Shown here piece by piece: positions 50,453-60,209 of a stretch of DNA of 64,000 nt. A model generated the notes under the pieces. It was not told where the DNA came from, searched no databases, and saw only the letters and a program-made list of their open reading frames with translations. This stretch comes from Oricola sp. (GTDB lineage: Bacteria; Pseudomonadota; Alphaproteobacteria; Rhizobiales; Rhizobiaceae). The stretch is taken from NCBI RefSeq assembly GCF_022763245.1, contig NZ_JALEGV010000041.1, positions 355,223-419,222 of the forward strand, written 5' to 3'. The stretch's first letter is position 1. Each line of letters opens with the position of its first letter. Made by a program: the position numbers and the translations under genes.

Positions 50453-51424
50453 TCAGCGGCCGGCCAGTGCGGGGCCGATCACCTCGATGCGGTTGGTCCA
50501 GACATATCCGTCGAAGCCGGCGGGGATCAGCTTCAGTTCCTCGAGACTGTCGATGCCCCGCGTGCCGGGGTCGCCCTTCGAATAGGGGCCGAACAGGATG
50601 ATGTCGCTACCCGCCGCCTCCATCCGCGCGCGGAAGCGGTGCGGCCAGCCCCAGGCGAGCCAGGCGAGATTGCCCGGCACCATCACGTGGGTGTTGCGAC
50701 AGGTCTCGGGCACATAGCCGCTCCAGCCGAGTTTCAGATAGTCCATCAGGCAGCCCTTCATTTGCCGGACGCCATAGCCGTTCAGGCCCTCGATCTGTTC
50801 GTTCGCCCTCTCTGTCGGCGCGTCGCCGCCATAGGCGGACCACACCCGGTCGCGCCATTCGGGATGTTCGGTCAGAACGGCGGCCAGCATGTCGCCTTCG
50901 CGCGCCTCGCGGCTCTTGAAGTTGACGAGGAACCGGCCGTCGGGAAAGGCCTCCAGCACCTCCTTGAGTTCCGGCATCTGGCCGACGCCCGTCCCGCGCA
51001 GTGGGAACGTCTTGCCGCCATCCGCGGTGTAGCCGTAGCCGACATCGAGCCTTTTCAGGGTGGCCATGTCGTGTTCGCGGGTCACGCCTTCGCCGTCGGT
51101 GCGGCAATCGACCGTCCAGTCGTGGATGACCGCGAACTGGCCGTCGGTGGTCGCATGCACGTCGAGCTCGACGACGTCGGCCCCGGCCTCGAAGGCGGCG
51201 CGCATCGAAGGGATCGTGTTCTCGATGAATGCGTGCTCCGGCGGGAGGATGCGCTCCGCCGTGCAGGTGTCGCTGGTCAATCCCTCGCGGCTGAAGGCCT
51301 GGTGCACGCCGCGATGCGCGATGGTCCGGATCTGCGGATCGCCCGGTTCTCCGGCGATCCATGAGGCATTCCAGAGATAGAGCGCGCCGACGATGACGGC
51401 GACGACGACCAGAACCTTGCGCAT
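50453..51424 (-). CDS. glycerophosphodiester phosphodiesterase family protein with N-terminal membrane anchor
   Basis: GDPD motifs (IAHRGV, VELDVHATTDGQFAVIHD). Confidence 0.75.
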   Translation of the reverse strand: MRKVLVVVAVIVGALYLWNASWIAGEPGDPQIRTIAHRGVHQAFSREGLTSDTCTAERILPPEHAFIENTIPSMRAAFEAGADVVELDVHATTDGQFAVIHDWTVDCRTDGEGVTREHDMATLKRLDVGYGYTADGGKTFPLRGTGVGQMPELKEVLEAFPDGRFLVNFKSREAREGDMLAAVLTEHPEWRDRVWSAYGGDAPTERANEQIEGLNGYGVRQMKGCLMDYLKLGWSGYVPETCRNTHVMVPGNLAWLAWGWPHRFRARMEAAGSDIILFGPYSKGDPGTRGIDSLEELKLIPAGFDGYVWTNRIEVIGPALAGR

Positions 51425-51490
51425 GCATTCCCTCCGTTCAGCGGGCGGGAAACTCGGTCGTGTTCATGTTGGAAATGAGGCCGCTTTTCG

Positions 51491-51949
51491 TCATTCTGCC
51501 CATGCCTTAGGGGCATTTTGGAGGGTGTCGTCGATCGCCCAGAAGGCCCGCGCGGGCTCGGGCAGGGATGCCAGCATACGCGCGAAGCGATCCGCATCCA
51601 CATGCCGGCGGAGCACCTGCGCCACGGTCAGGATCGCCCCGTCGGGCGCGAAATTGTGGTGCTGGCGAATGGTCTTCGCTTCGGCGTCCATCTCGGCGCG
51701 TGACGTGAAGGGTCGCAGCGGGGCGTGCGGATCCCAGCCGGCGACGAAGATCGCGCGCAGCACCGGCGGCAGGGCGTCCGCGAAGCGCAACCCGTCGGCG
51801 ACGCTCACGCGCCGCCGGAACACCGTCAGCACGGCCTCCACCGTCGTGTAGGTCTGGTGATGCGACTGATGGCCGAGCGCCTGCTTGGCGTCTTCCATGA
51901 AGGCGTCGAAATCCCGCGAGGCGGCGAAATATTCCTGCGGCATCGGCAT
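51491..51949 (-). CDS. DUF2267-domain protein
   Basis: Two-repeat helical protein (QTYTTVEAVLTVFRRRVS...ILTVAQVLRRHV) typical of DUF2267. Confidence 0.55.
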   Translation of the reverse strand: MPMPQEYFAASRDFDAFMEDAKQALGHQSHHQTYTTVEAVLTVFRRRVSVADGLRFADALPPVLRAIFVAGWDPHAPLRPFTSRAEMDAEAKTIRQHHNFAPDGAILTVAQVLRRHVDADRFARMLASLPEPARAFWAIDDTLQNAPKAWAE

Positions 51950-51955
51950 GGCGGC

Positions 51956-52696
51956 TCACTCTCCCGTCGATACCGTTAGTCGGCAAAGGATGACGTTGTC
52001 GCGCTCCAGATCCTTGCCCCAGATGAGTTTGGCTGACGGGTTCCAAGCGATCGCGTCGTAGCCGTCCTTCGGGCCGACCGCGCGTTGCGAATGCACCGTG
52101 GCGGACGCCCATGCGTTGTCGTCGAAATCGGGCGCCGTCCAGCCGTCGGATATGGCGGTCGTGCGGGCGGCGCAGTCGCCTTCGCCAACCGTCGGATTGC
52201 GCGCCCTTTCGCAGGCCTGCCCGCCGACCGGCGCATGCTGCACGACGAGGCATCGCCAGTTCTCGTCGGTCACCGCGACGATGTGGCCGTCGGCGTCGCT
52301 GAATTGCGCGATCGCGCCGCCGTCGCCCATCTGTTGACGCCGTGTGCCGATATATTCGAGCCCCGTCTCGTTCTCCATGAAGTCGCGGAACTCGAAGGCG
52401 AAGGTGTAGGGCGGATCGGCGCGGAACGTGAAGCGCTCGGCGTTGAAGGAGCGTTCCGTCGTGATCGGCACACTGTCCTCGATAAGTTTTTCGCCGTTCA
52501 GCCAGAGCGCGAACCAGTTGTCGACCCAGACCTCGCCGGTCAGCGACTGCGACCCGTTGGTTTGAAGCGCGGTCTCGTTCAGCGCCGCGCCGCCGCCTGG
52601 CGGAGGTGGAGGAGGCGGCGCTTGAGACAAGGCGTCTGCGGTGCCGGCGAACAGGACGGCTGCGATTGTGAGCGACGAAAGCATGCGGGTGATCAT
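51956..52696 (-). CDS. secreted hypothetical protein with poly-proline linker
   Basis: Signal peptide from Met 52696 (MITRMLSSLTIAAVLFAGTADA), then PPPPPPPGGG, then a Cys-containing ~200-aa domain. The upstream part of the listed ORF is Arg-rich junk. Confidence 0.45.
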   Translation of the reverse strand: MITRMLSSLTIAAVLFAGTADALSQAPPPPPPPGGGAALNETALQTNGSQSLTGEVWVDNWFALWLNGEKLIEDSVPITTERSFNAERFTFRADPPYTFAFEFRDFMENETGLEYIGTRRQQMGDGGAIAQFSDADGHIVAVTDENWRCLVVQHAPVGGQACERARNPTVGEGDCAARTTAISDGWTAPDFDDNAWASATVHSQRAVGPKDGYDAIAWNPSAKLIWGKDLERDNVILCRLTVSTGE

Positions 52697-52939
52697 GTCG
52701 GCTCTCCTTGCGCCGGCGCGGCCGGCGGTTCGTCTTTCATAGCACCGAGATGGCGTGCGCGCACGGAGGCACATGCGCGCGCTGGCTCTGCGATCTGAAC
52801 GAAAACGCAAGGTTTCACCCTCAATCTGCGCAGCGGTCCAATGACGGAGAAGACGGCGATGGCCGGTGCGCGAGTCAAACCGCGACGCAAGCCGCAACGC
52901 GTGGTTCCCATGAGCAGGCCTCGCAAGAGGGGTGGCGTC

Positions 52940-53461
52940 ATGCGGACCGCGATGGCGCTTGTCGCTTTCTTCGCGATCGGCGCCGGTGCGGCGCTTGTCC
53001 TGCGCCCGTCAAGCGGAGCCGGTTTGACGCGCCTGACGGGGCTGGTCGATCGCATGACGACAAGCGCCTATGCGCCGCGTGCCGGGACCGATTACCCGGG
53101 CGGCGTCGCGCCGCGCGCCATGCCGGTCTGCGGGTTCGGTCCGCGTTTCAATTGCATCGTCGATGGCGACACGCTCTGGCTGGACGGTGAAAAGATCCGC
53201 ATCGTCAACATCGACGCGCCCGAGGTGAAGGCCCGCTGCCCCGCTGAGAAACAGCGCGCGAGCGCCGCCACACGCGAACTCGCCCGCCTGGTGCACGGAC
53301 AGCCCATCCGCCTGCGTCGCAGCGGGGAGGACCGCTACGGCCGCACGCTCGCAGCCGTCTCGACGCCCGAGGGCGACGTCGGCGCAGCCCTGGTCGCGAA
53401 GCACCTCGCGGTGCGCTGGCGTGGCCGCCGCGAGCCGCCCTCGACATGGTGCGGTGCCTGA
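52940..53461 (+). CDS. thermonuclease (SNase-like) family protein
   Basis: CIVDGDTLWLDGEKIRIVNIDAPE...RYGRTLA carries the staphylococcal-nuclease fold motifs. Signal peptide from Met 52940. Confidence 0.7.
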   Translation: MRTAMALVAFFAIGAGAALVLRPSSGAGLTRLTGLVDRMTTSAYAPRAGTDYPGGVAPRAMPVCGFGPRFNCIVDGDTLWLDGEKIRIVNIDAPEVKARCPAEKQRASAATRELARLVHGQPIRLRRSGEDRYGRTLAAVSTPEGDVGAALVAKHLAVRWRGRREPPSTWCGA

Positions 53462-53466
53462 GGCGC

Positions 53467-53739
53467 CTAGTGCAGCACGATTTCGCCGTCCACGCGGCGG
53501 AATTCGCCCGGCTTGATCAGCTTCTGGTGGCTGTAGCGCACCGAATGCAGCGGCCCGTCGAGGTTCTCCTCCCAGAAATCGAGGAACCCGAACATCTGCG
53601 GGAAGTCCGGCGCGAGATCGTAGTCCTGCCAGATATAGGTCTGCAAAATCTCCTGATGGTCGGGCATGCGGTAGAGGATATGGGCGGTCGTCAGTCCGTA
53701 ACCCCGGAGTTGCAGTTCGAATGCGCTGGTGCCTTGCAT
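53467..53739 (-). CDS. usg: Usg-family protein
   Basis: MQGTSAFELQLRGYGLTTAHILYRMPDH...LQTYIWQDYDLAP matches the alphaproteobacterial Usg family. Confidence 0.55.
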   Translation of the reverse strand: MQGTSAFELQLRGYGLTTAHILYRMPDHQEILQTYIWQDYDLAPDFPQMFGFLDFWEENLDGPLHSVRYSHQKLIKPGEFRRVDGEIVLH

Positions 53740-53967
53740 CGGTGCTCCTTTCCAAGTATCGCACTGCACAACGCTACGCAGAAATCAATTTCTGTCAATA
53801 AATTCAATTTATTAGCAGCAATTCTGCCCGAGTGCTGATTGCCGGCCGCCCGACGCGAATGCGCCGGACGGGAACCCTCGCCGTGATTTTTTGTTGCAAT
53901 GCAGTATGCTCGTCCTAGCTCCGAAAGAGCTGCCACGCGCTTTTGCTGACCGCCCTGCAAGGATTCC

Positions 53968-55080
53968 ATGCCCGAGGAAATCGTCGAGACCGCCGGAGAA
54001 GCCATCACCGAAACCGTCACACTGGCGTCGCTCTGGGCCTGGCCGTTGGGCCTTGTCGGGCTTGCGATCTTTCTCGGCTATGTCGCCCATGCCGCGGCAT
54101 GGCGGGTGCTTGGCAGGATGCTGAAGGGCAGTTCCTGGTGGCGCCAGGCGCTGGCCCGCTCGAGTTCGCCGGTGCGCCTCGCAATCATCCTCCTGTCCAT
54201 GTCGCTGGCGATCTCGTCCTCCAACCTGCCGGCGGAATTCCAGGACGCGGTCGCCCACATCATCTCGGTTCTGCTGATCGGGCTGATCGGCTGGACGGCG
54301 ATCCTTCTGACCAATCTGTTCACCGACAGGATGACCCGTCGTCACCGGCTCGACATGGAAGACAATCTGCGGGCGCGCAAATTCGTCACCCAGGTGCGCG
54401 TGCTGCGCCGGACCGCCAACATCCTGATCTTCATCGTGGCCACGGCTTTCGTTCTGCTGACTTTCGACAGTGTGCGCAAATATGGCGTGAGCCTGTTCGC
54501 CTCGGCCGGCGTCGCCGGTCTCGCGGTCGGGTTCGCGGCGCGGCCGGTGCTCGCGAACCTCATCGCCGGCATCCAGATCGCGCTCACCCAGCCGATCCGG
54601 CTGGAAGACGTTGTCATCGTCGAGGGCGAGTGGGGTTGGATCGAGGAAATCGGCGCGACCTATGTCGTCGTGCGTGTCTGGGACTGGCGCCGCATGGTGG
54701 TGCCACTGTCCTATTTCATCGAAAAGCCGTTCCAGAACTGGACGCGTGACGGCGCCTCGATCATCGGCGCGGTGACTTGGCATGTCGACTATTCGGTCCC
54801 GGTGGAGAAACTGCGCGCCAAGCTGATCGAGCTGGTCCAGGCCTCGCAACGGTGGGACGGCCAGGTCGTCAACATGCAGATGCTCGACGCCAACGACAAG
54901 ACGATCGTGGTGCGGGGCCTGATGAGCGCCCGGAATTCGATGATCGCCTGGGAACTGCGCTGCGAGATTCGCGAAAAGCTGATCGTCTGGCTGCAGAAGG
55001 AATATCCAGAAGCACTGCCGCGCTTCCGCGGCGAACTGACTCGCATAGACGGCCAGCCGGAGACCTTCCCGGCGGTTTGA
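53968..55080 (+). CDS. mechanosensitive ion channel (MscS family)
   Basis: N-terminal TM helices, a TM3-like pore helix (GVAGLAVGFAARPVLANLIAGIQIALTQPI), and a C-terminal vestibule. Confidence 0.8.
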   Translation: MPEEIVETAGEAITETVTLASLWAWPLGLVGLAIFLGYVAHAAAWRVLGRMLKGSSWWRQALARSSSPVRLAIILLSMSLAISSSNLPAEFQDAVAHIISVLLIGLIGWTAILLTNLFTDRMTRRHRLDMEDNLRARKFVTQVRVLRRTANILIFIVATAFVLLTFDSVRKYGVSLFASAGVAGLAVGFAARPVLANLIAGIQIALTQPIRLEDVVIVEGEWGWIEEIGATYVVVRVWDWRRMVVPLSYFIEKPFQNWTRDGASIIGAVTWHVDYSVPVEKLRAKLIELVQASQRWDGQVVNMQMLDANDKTIVVRGLMSARNSMIAWELRCEIREKLIVWLQKEYPEALPRFRGELTRIDGQPETFPAV

Positions 55081-55140
55081 GCCTCGGACGCGCTCGAGCG
55101 GCTGTCTGCGAGGCAGGGTTCCGCGACAGTATTGTACGAA

Positions 55141-55157
55141 TTAGCCAAAATGGCTAA
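55141..55157. promoter_or_regulatory. perfect palindrome TTAGCCA-AAA-TGGCTAA 22 bp upstream of phd; likely TA autoregulation operator
   Basis: Read directly from the sequence. Located between the -10 region and the RBS AAGGAGAG of the phd gene. Confidence 0.4.
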
Positions 55158-55178
55158 ATAGCGATCAAGGAGAGCATC

Positions 55179-55415
55179 ATGAACATCTGGAACGCCTCAG
55201 ACGCCAAGAACCGTTTCGGCCAGCTTCTTGATGTGGCCCGCAGCGAGCCCGTTCGTATCCAAAAGAACGGTCGCGACGTTGCTGTCGTCCTCTCGCCGGA
55301 GGAATTTCAGCGCTTGACCGAGATGGCGCGCAGCGAGCCGAGCCCGGCAGTCAAGGCGCTGCACGAAAGAAGCGTCAAGCGCTGGGCCAAAGTCTATGAA
55401 GCGCTCGCGAAATAG
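55179..55415 (+). CDS. phd: Phd/YefM-family antitoxin
   Basis: 78 aa (MNIWNASDAKNRFGQLLDVARSEPVRIQKNGRDVAVVLSPEEFQRL). 6 bp upstream of doc. Confidence 0.8.
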   Translation: MNIWNASDAKNRFGQLLDVARSEPVRIQKNGRDVAVVLSPEEFQRLTEMARSEPSPAVKALHERSVKRWAKVYEALAK

Positions 55416-55420
55416 GGCTC

Positions 55421-55795
55421 GTGCACTACCTCACGCTGCAGGACGCGCTCTATATCCATCGTGAGCAGTTACGGCTGTTCGGCGGCGCTTCGGGCATTCG
55501 GGATGCCGGCCTCATCGAAGCGGCCCTCTTGCGACCTCAGACAGGCTACTATTCGGGTGTGATCGAGGAGGCCGCCGCGTTGTGGGAAAGCCTGGCCATG
55601 AATCACGGCTTCATCGATGGAAACAAGCGCGTGGCCTTCGCTTGCGTCGACATCTTCCTCGAACTCAACGGTCACCAGCTGCAGGCCGAGCAGGATGCGG
55701 TCATCAACTTCATTTACGGTCACCTGCAGGCAGGAACTTTCCGGAAGGATGCAGTGCAGCAGTGGCTAATGGAGAACACGGTTCCGCATCGCTGA
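55421..55795 (+). CDS. doc: Doc (death-on-curing) Fic-fold toxin
   Basis: Fic/Doc motif HGFIDGNKRVAFA. 124 aa. Confidence 0.85.
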   Translation: MHYLTLQDALYIHREQLRLFGGASGIRDAGLIEAALLRPQTGYYSGVIEEAAALWESLAMNHGFIDGNKRVAFACVDIFLELNGHQLQAEQDAVINFIYGHLQAGTFRKDAVQQWLMENTVPHR

Positions 55796-55801
55796 GCCGG
55801 C

Positions 55802-56713
55802 TCACTTCCCCATCTGTTCACGCAGCTTCGCGCAATCGTCGGTGTCGTCGCTGCGCGTGGTGAAGATCACGAAGTCGTAGGGCAGGCTTGCTTCGCCCTC
55901 GTCGATATAGTCGGCGAAGGCGGTGCCTTCTTCCGTCACCTCGAATTGCCCGATGGAGAGTACACTCCTGTCAGGGGCCTTCGCGTGCAGCACGAAGGGC
56001 ACGCCCCAATCCGTGCGGGTGTGGCCCCCACCGGCGATCAGGACGGCGCCGTCTTCATCCGATGCCAGCATCGCGTCGGCCATCGACAGGTCGCGCGCCT
56101 GCTGGACCGTGACCATCGGCGGAATTGCCTCGGCGGGCATCAGGTCGCAATGCGCGGTCATGATCTCCGCGCCGATGCGATCGCCCAGTGCTTCCGGATA
56201 GGCGACAGGATCGCCCGGCATGTCCGCACCGCGCGCGATGGCGCGGATGGTGTCCCGGTCGAGATCGCCGGAGCGCATCGGCAGGCCGGCATCGAGCGCC
56301 GCCTCGGCAATGGGCTGGTAGATCGCCCAGTCCGGCCAGCCGCGCGTCTCCCATTGCAGCGCCTCGCCGAGCGCATTTGCATCCGGCGCGTCTTGCGCGA
56401 GAAAAGCATCAAGCGCGCCCTGCAGGCCGCGCGGTACCATCTCGAAGACAATCGTCGGCGCTCGGCCTGCCTCCGCCATCGCCCGCACCAGCTTCGCCTG
56501 GGTCGCGTGATGTTCGGCGTTGCTGTGGATCTCGCCGATCAGCACGAAATCCGATTGAACGGCCGCGTGTTCGATATCGGCGAACGAGGCGGGATCGCCT
56601 CTCCCCGTCCAGACCGTTCCGACGAGCGGATGGTCTGCGGCACTTGCGGAGGAGAGCGGGAGCATCACGAGCAAGGCGATAGCGGTGTGGCGAAGATGGT
56701 TGAGTCGAGTCAT
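55802..56713 (-). CDS. ChaN-family (haem-binding/Tiki-like) periplasmic protein
   Basis: Signal peptide from Met 56713 (MTRLNHLRHTAIALLVMLPLSSASA). Contains VLIGEIHSNAEHH and GGGHTRTDWGVP motifs. Confidence 0.65.
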   Translation of the reverse strand: MTRLNHLRHTAIALLVMLPLSSASAADHPLVGTVWTGRGDPASFADIEHAAVQSDFVLIGEIHSNAEHHATQAKLVRAMAEAGRAPTIVFEMVPRGLQGALDAFLAQDAPDANALGEALQWETRGWPDWAIYQPIAEAALDAGLPMRSGDLDRDTIRAIARGADMPGDPVAYPEALGDRIGAEIMTAHCDLMPAEAIPPMVTVQQARDLSMADAMLASDEDGAVLIAGGGHTRTDWGVPFVLHAKAPDRSVLSIGQFEVTEEGTAFADYIDEGEASLPYDFVIFTTRSDDTDDCAKLREQMGK

Positions 56714-56769
56714 GGCCGGCAACCTATGCAAAACGGGCTGCCCTTCAAGGACGCGAGTGGCCGCGTGGA

Positions 56770-57672
56770 TCACTTTCGTCCCAGTTCCTCCGCCAGGATG
56801 TCGAACACTACACGCACGCGCCGACTGGTGTTCAATTCCCGATGCGTCGTCAGCCAGATCGGGAAGGTCATCGGCTGCATGTCCGGCAGCACGCGCCGCA
56901 CGCGCGGCTCCGCGTCACCGACCGATTCGGGTACGATGCCAATGCCCACCCCCGCCTTGGCCAGCTCCCAATGGACGAGATGATTGGCCGTCAGGACGGG
57001 GAAGTTCTTGCGGGTCAGCGACAGCCCCAGCCGGTTCAGGCCGTCCAGCATCGCGCCGGTCGTGTCGAAGCCGATGAAATCTGCCTGGCTCAGCGCGTCC
57101 GCGGTCTTCGGGTCGCCGAGCCCAGCCAGATACTCGACGGATGCGTAGAGCCGGGCGACGTCTTCGCCGATCTTTCGCGCGATGAGGTCCGGCTGGGTTG
57201 GCCGGAACGAGCGAATGGCGATGTCGGCCTCGCGGCGTTTCAGGTCGATCGTCGCATTGGACGCGACGATCTCGACCTCGATGCCCGGTTGCTCGCGGCG
57301 CAGCCGCGCGACGATCGGCGGCAACAGGAAGGCCGAGTAGATCTCGCTGGCGGTGATCGTGATCGACCCCTCGATCGACTGCGCCTGGCCGGAGGCCGAA
57401 AGCGACACGCGGCCGGCCGCGTCGCCCATGGCGCGGACATGGTCCAGCAGTTCCAGTCCGGACGGCGTCAGCGTCAGGCCGCGGCCGCCACGCTCGAACA
57501 GCACGACACCGAGTTCGGTCTCCAGCGCATCGACCTGCCGGCCGAGCGTCGGCTGCGCCATGCCGAGCGCGCGTGCGGCCGCCGACAGCGAGCCTTCCTC
57601 GGCCGTGACCAGAAAGGCCCGCGCCCGGTTCCAGTCGAATTTCACGGAACGCCAATCCATGCGAAAACGCAT
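56770..57672 (-). CDS. LysR-family transcriptional regulator
   Basis: N-terminal HTH (FLVTAEEGSLSAAARALGMAQPTLGRQVDALE). Divergent from an MDR oxidoreductase. Confidence 0.85.
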   Translation of the reverse strand: MRFRMDWRSVKFDWNRARAFLVTAEEGSLSAAARALGMAQPTLGRQVDALETELGVVLFERGGRGLTLTPSGLELLDHVRAMGDAAGRVSLSASGQAQSIEGSITITASEIYSAFLLPPIVARLRREQPGIEVEIVASNATIDLKRREADIAIRSFRPTQPDLIARKIGEDVARLYASVEYLAGLGDPKTADALSQADFIGFDTTGAMLDGLNRLGLSLTRKNFPVLTANHLVHWELAKAGVGIGIVPESVGDAEPRVRRVLPDMQPMTFPIWLTTHRELNTSRRVRVVFDILAEELGRK

Positions 57673-57759
57673 ATCAGATCAAGATAACTGGTCAATTCAC
57701 GCTGCGATTATGTATGGGTAGAGATGCGGCAACACTTCGATCCCGAAAGGAACCGCACC

Positions 57760-58731
57760 ATGAAAGCCGCAGTTTACGACCGCTACGGACCGGCCGACGT
57801 CCTCACCATCCGTGACATCGCCCGTCCCGAACCCGCCGCCGACGAAATCCTCGTCCAGGTCTTCGCCGCCGCCGTCACCACCGCCGACTGGCGTCTGCGC
57901 GCATCGGCCTTCCCGGGTGTCATGTGGCTTCCGGGCCGCCTGATGCTCGGCCTGCGCGCGCCGCGCAACAAGGTGCTGGGCGTCGCATTCGCAGGCCGCG
58001 TCATCGCACGCGGTGACAATGTCACCCGCTACGCGCTGGGCGACGCCGTGTTCGGCTTCTCCGGAGCCGGCGCGCATGCGCAATATCTGACGGTCAAGGC
58101 CGACGGCCCCGTTGCGCTCAAGCCGAAATCAATCACTTACGAAGAGGCGGCGGCAGTGCCGTTCGGCGGTGCGTCGGCGCTGGTGTTCCTGCGCGATTTC
58201 GCCGAGGTGAAACCCGGCGAGGCCGTGCTCGTCAACGGCGCGTCGGGCGGCGTCGGCGCCTATTCGGTGCAGCTCGCGCGCCATCTCGGCGCAAATGTGA
58301 CCGGCGTCGCCGGCGCGGACAATCTCGATCTCGTTCGCTCGCTCGGCGCTGACGATGTCGTCGATTACAGTAAGCAAACAATTACTGAATTGCATTCCCG
58401 TTTCGACGTGGTGCTCGATACGGTCGGCAAGCTCACCTATGCCACCGCTAAGCGCGTCCTGAAGCCTGGCGGACGTTATGTGCCGCTGGAATTCTCCGGT
58501 CGCGAGATGATCGAGGCGCTTCTCGCCAAGCTCACCGGCGGTCCGAAGATGATCCTGAATGTCTCGGGCGATTCGCGCGAAGACATGCAGTGTCTGGCGG
58601 ACCTGATGGAAAAGGGCGAATTGCGCGCGGTCGTCGACAGTCAGTATCCGCTGGAACAGATCGCCGAGGCTCACCGGCGTGTCGAAACCCGCCACGCGAG
58701 AGGTGCGGTGGTCGTGACGATGGGCGACTGA
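57760..58731 (+). CDS. zinc-type/quinone oxidoreductase (MDR superfamily)
   Basis: MKAAVYDRYGPADVL...GASGGVGAYSVQLA. Start at Met 57760. Confidence 0.8.
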   Translation: MKAAVYDRYGPADVLTIRDIARPEPAADEILVQVFAAAVTTADWRLRASAFPGVMWLPGRLMLGLRAPRNKVLGVAFAGRVIARGDNVTRYALGDAVFGFSGAGAHAQYLTVKADGPVALKPKSITYEEAAAVPFGGASALVFLRDFAEVKPGEAVLVNGASGGVGAYSVQLARHLGANVTGVAGADNLDLVRSLGADDVVDYSKQTITELHSRFDVVLDTVGKLTYATAKRVLKPGGRYVPLEFSGREMIEALLAKLTGGPKMILNVSGDSREDMQCLADLMEKGELRAVVDSQYPLEQIAEAHRRVETRHARGAVVVTMGD

Positions 58732-58823
58732 GGCGGCAGAGCGTACTAAGTAAATATGTAAGCATATTCTAACATTGATGCGAGCGGCCTCCGAGGGTTT
58801 CCCCGGAGGCGGCCAGGCCGCGA

Positions 58824-60209
58824 TCAGGCGCGGCCGGCGAAGATGTCCTTCCTGATGATGGCGTGCACGCCCCAGTTGCCGTCGACGACCTGGGTGATGC
58901 CGAAATCAACCCCGACCGACATCAGCGAATGCGCCTCGTCCTCGGTCAGGCCCTTCGTGGTCATCAGGAACTTGCGCATCTTGCGGAAGGCGTCGCGCAT
59001 CGCCGCGTCGATGGAGGACTTCGAGTAGATGTCGCTCTGCGCCGTCGCGCCCAGTTCCTTCAGGTAGTTCGGAACCGAGAAGCCGTGCACCAGCCATTCG
59101 CTCTGGGTCTCGAGCATCGGGTATTTCAGCTCTTCCAGCGGCGTGCCGGCAAGATCGGCCTTCTTGTGCAGGATGAGTTGGAACGTGCCGGTGAGCGAGC
59201 ACTCGATCGCCGTGCCGCACAATTCGCTGTCGCCCTGGCTGGCATGCGGATCGCCGACCGATAGGAGCGCGCCCTCCACCGAGACCGGGTAATACATCGT
59301 CGCGCCCTTGCCGATGCGCCAGTTGTCGACATTGCCGCCGGTGTAGCTCGGCGGAACCGAATCGACGAAATCCGCCTCGGCGGGGGCGACGCCCAGCGTG
59401 CCGAAATGCGGCCGGATCGGGATCCGGATGCCCTTCAGCACGTCGTAATTGCGCGTGGTCAGGGAATGATCCACGGGCACACCGGGATAGTCGATCGTCG
59501 TGTGGGTCACGCCAAAGGGGTCGGTCTGCGGCACCCATTTGAAGTTGTAGACCGCCTCGGCCCAGCTCTTGGAGCCGGAAGCATCGACTTCGTAGATGGT
59601 GATGACCTCGCGCTTGGCGTCGTTCAGCATGTCGTTGTAGTGGAAGCCCCACCACGCTGCGGCGTTCGAGCCGAAGCTCTTGCCCGCATATTTCGGGTTG
59701 CCGCTCTCGCGCGGCACGCAGTCGAGAATGCGCACTTCCAGGACGTCGCCCGGTTCGGCGCCGCGCACATGGACCGGACCCGTCATGATGTGCACGCCCT
59801 GGCCGTCACCTGAGCCGATCTTGTAGACATTGGGGTCGGTCGAGCCGGCGCCGCGCCGGTCGACGCCCTTCTTGTCCTTGGTCCACAGATAGACGCTCTC
59901 GGCGCCCTCGTCGCCCTCCACCATGCGCTCCGTGTCGTCGCCGGCATGGTGGGTCAGCGTCTCGATGGTCACGATGTCTCCGCTGTCGCACTCGACCTGC
60001 GGCTTCAGCGTCTTGGAGAAATAGCCCCAATGAACGGTGTCCGAATTGGCGGGCAGATAATGGAAAGCGCGCTTTTCGGGCTGCCGCGCCTCCGAGGCCT
60101 GCGCCAGCGTCGGCGTCACCAGCGACAGCCCGCCCGCCGCGCCGATCGCGCTCAAGCCGCCGGCCGCGAAAAGGCCGCTGCGCAGGAAGCTGCGCCGCTC
60201 GGCGTTCAT
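58824..60209 (-). CDS. Tat-exported acetamidase/formamidase (FmdA_AmdA family)
   Basis: Twin-arginine signal MNAERRSFLRSGLFAAGGLSAIGAAGGLSLVTPTLAQA from Met 60209 (RBS AGGAAG). The FmdA/AmdA-like core has ~60% identity to the C-terminal domain of the divergent AraC-fusion gene. Confidence 0.8.
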   Translation of the reverse strand: MNAERRSFLRSGLFAAGGLSAIGAAGGLSLVTPTLAQASEARQPEKRAFHYLPANSDTVHWGYFSKTLKPQVECDSGDIVTIETLTHHAGDDTERMVEGDEGAESVYLWTKDKKGVDRRGAGSTDPNVYKIGSGDGQGVHIMTGPVHVRGAEPGDVLEVRILDCVPRESGNPKYAGKSFGSNAAAWWGFHYNDMLNDAKREVITIYEVDASGSKSWAEAVYNFKWVPQTDPFGVTHTTIDYPGVPVDHSLTTRNYDVLKGIRIPIRPHFGTLGVAPAEADFVDSVPPSYTGGNVDNWRIGKGATMYYPVSVEGALLSVGDPHASQGDSELCGTAIECSLTGTFQLILHKKADLAGTPLEELKYPMLETQSEWLVHGFSVPNYLKELGATAQSDIYSKSSIDAAMRDAFRKMRKFLMTTKGLTEDEAHSLMSVGVDFGITQVVDGNWGVHAIIRKDIFAGRA

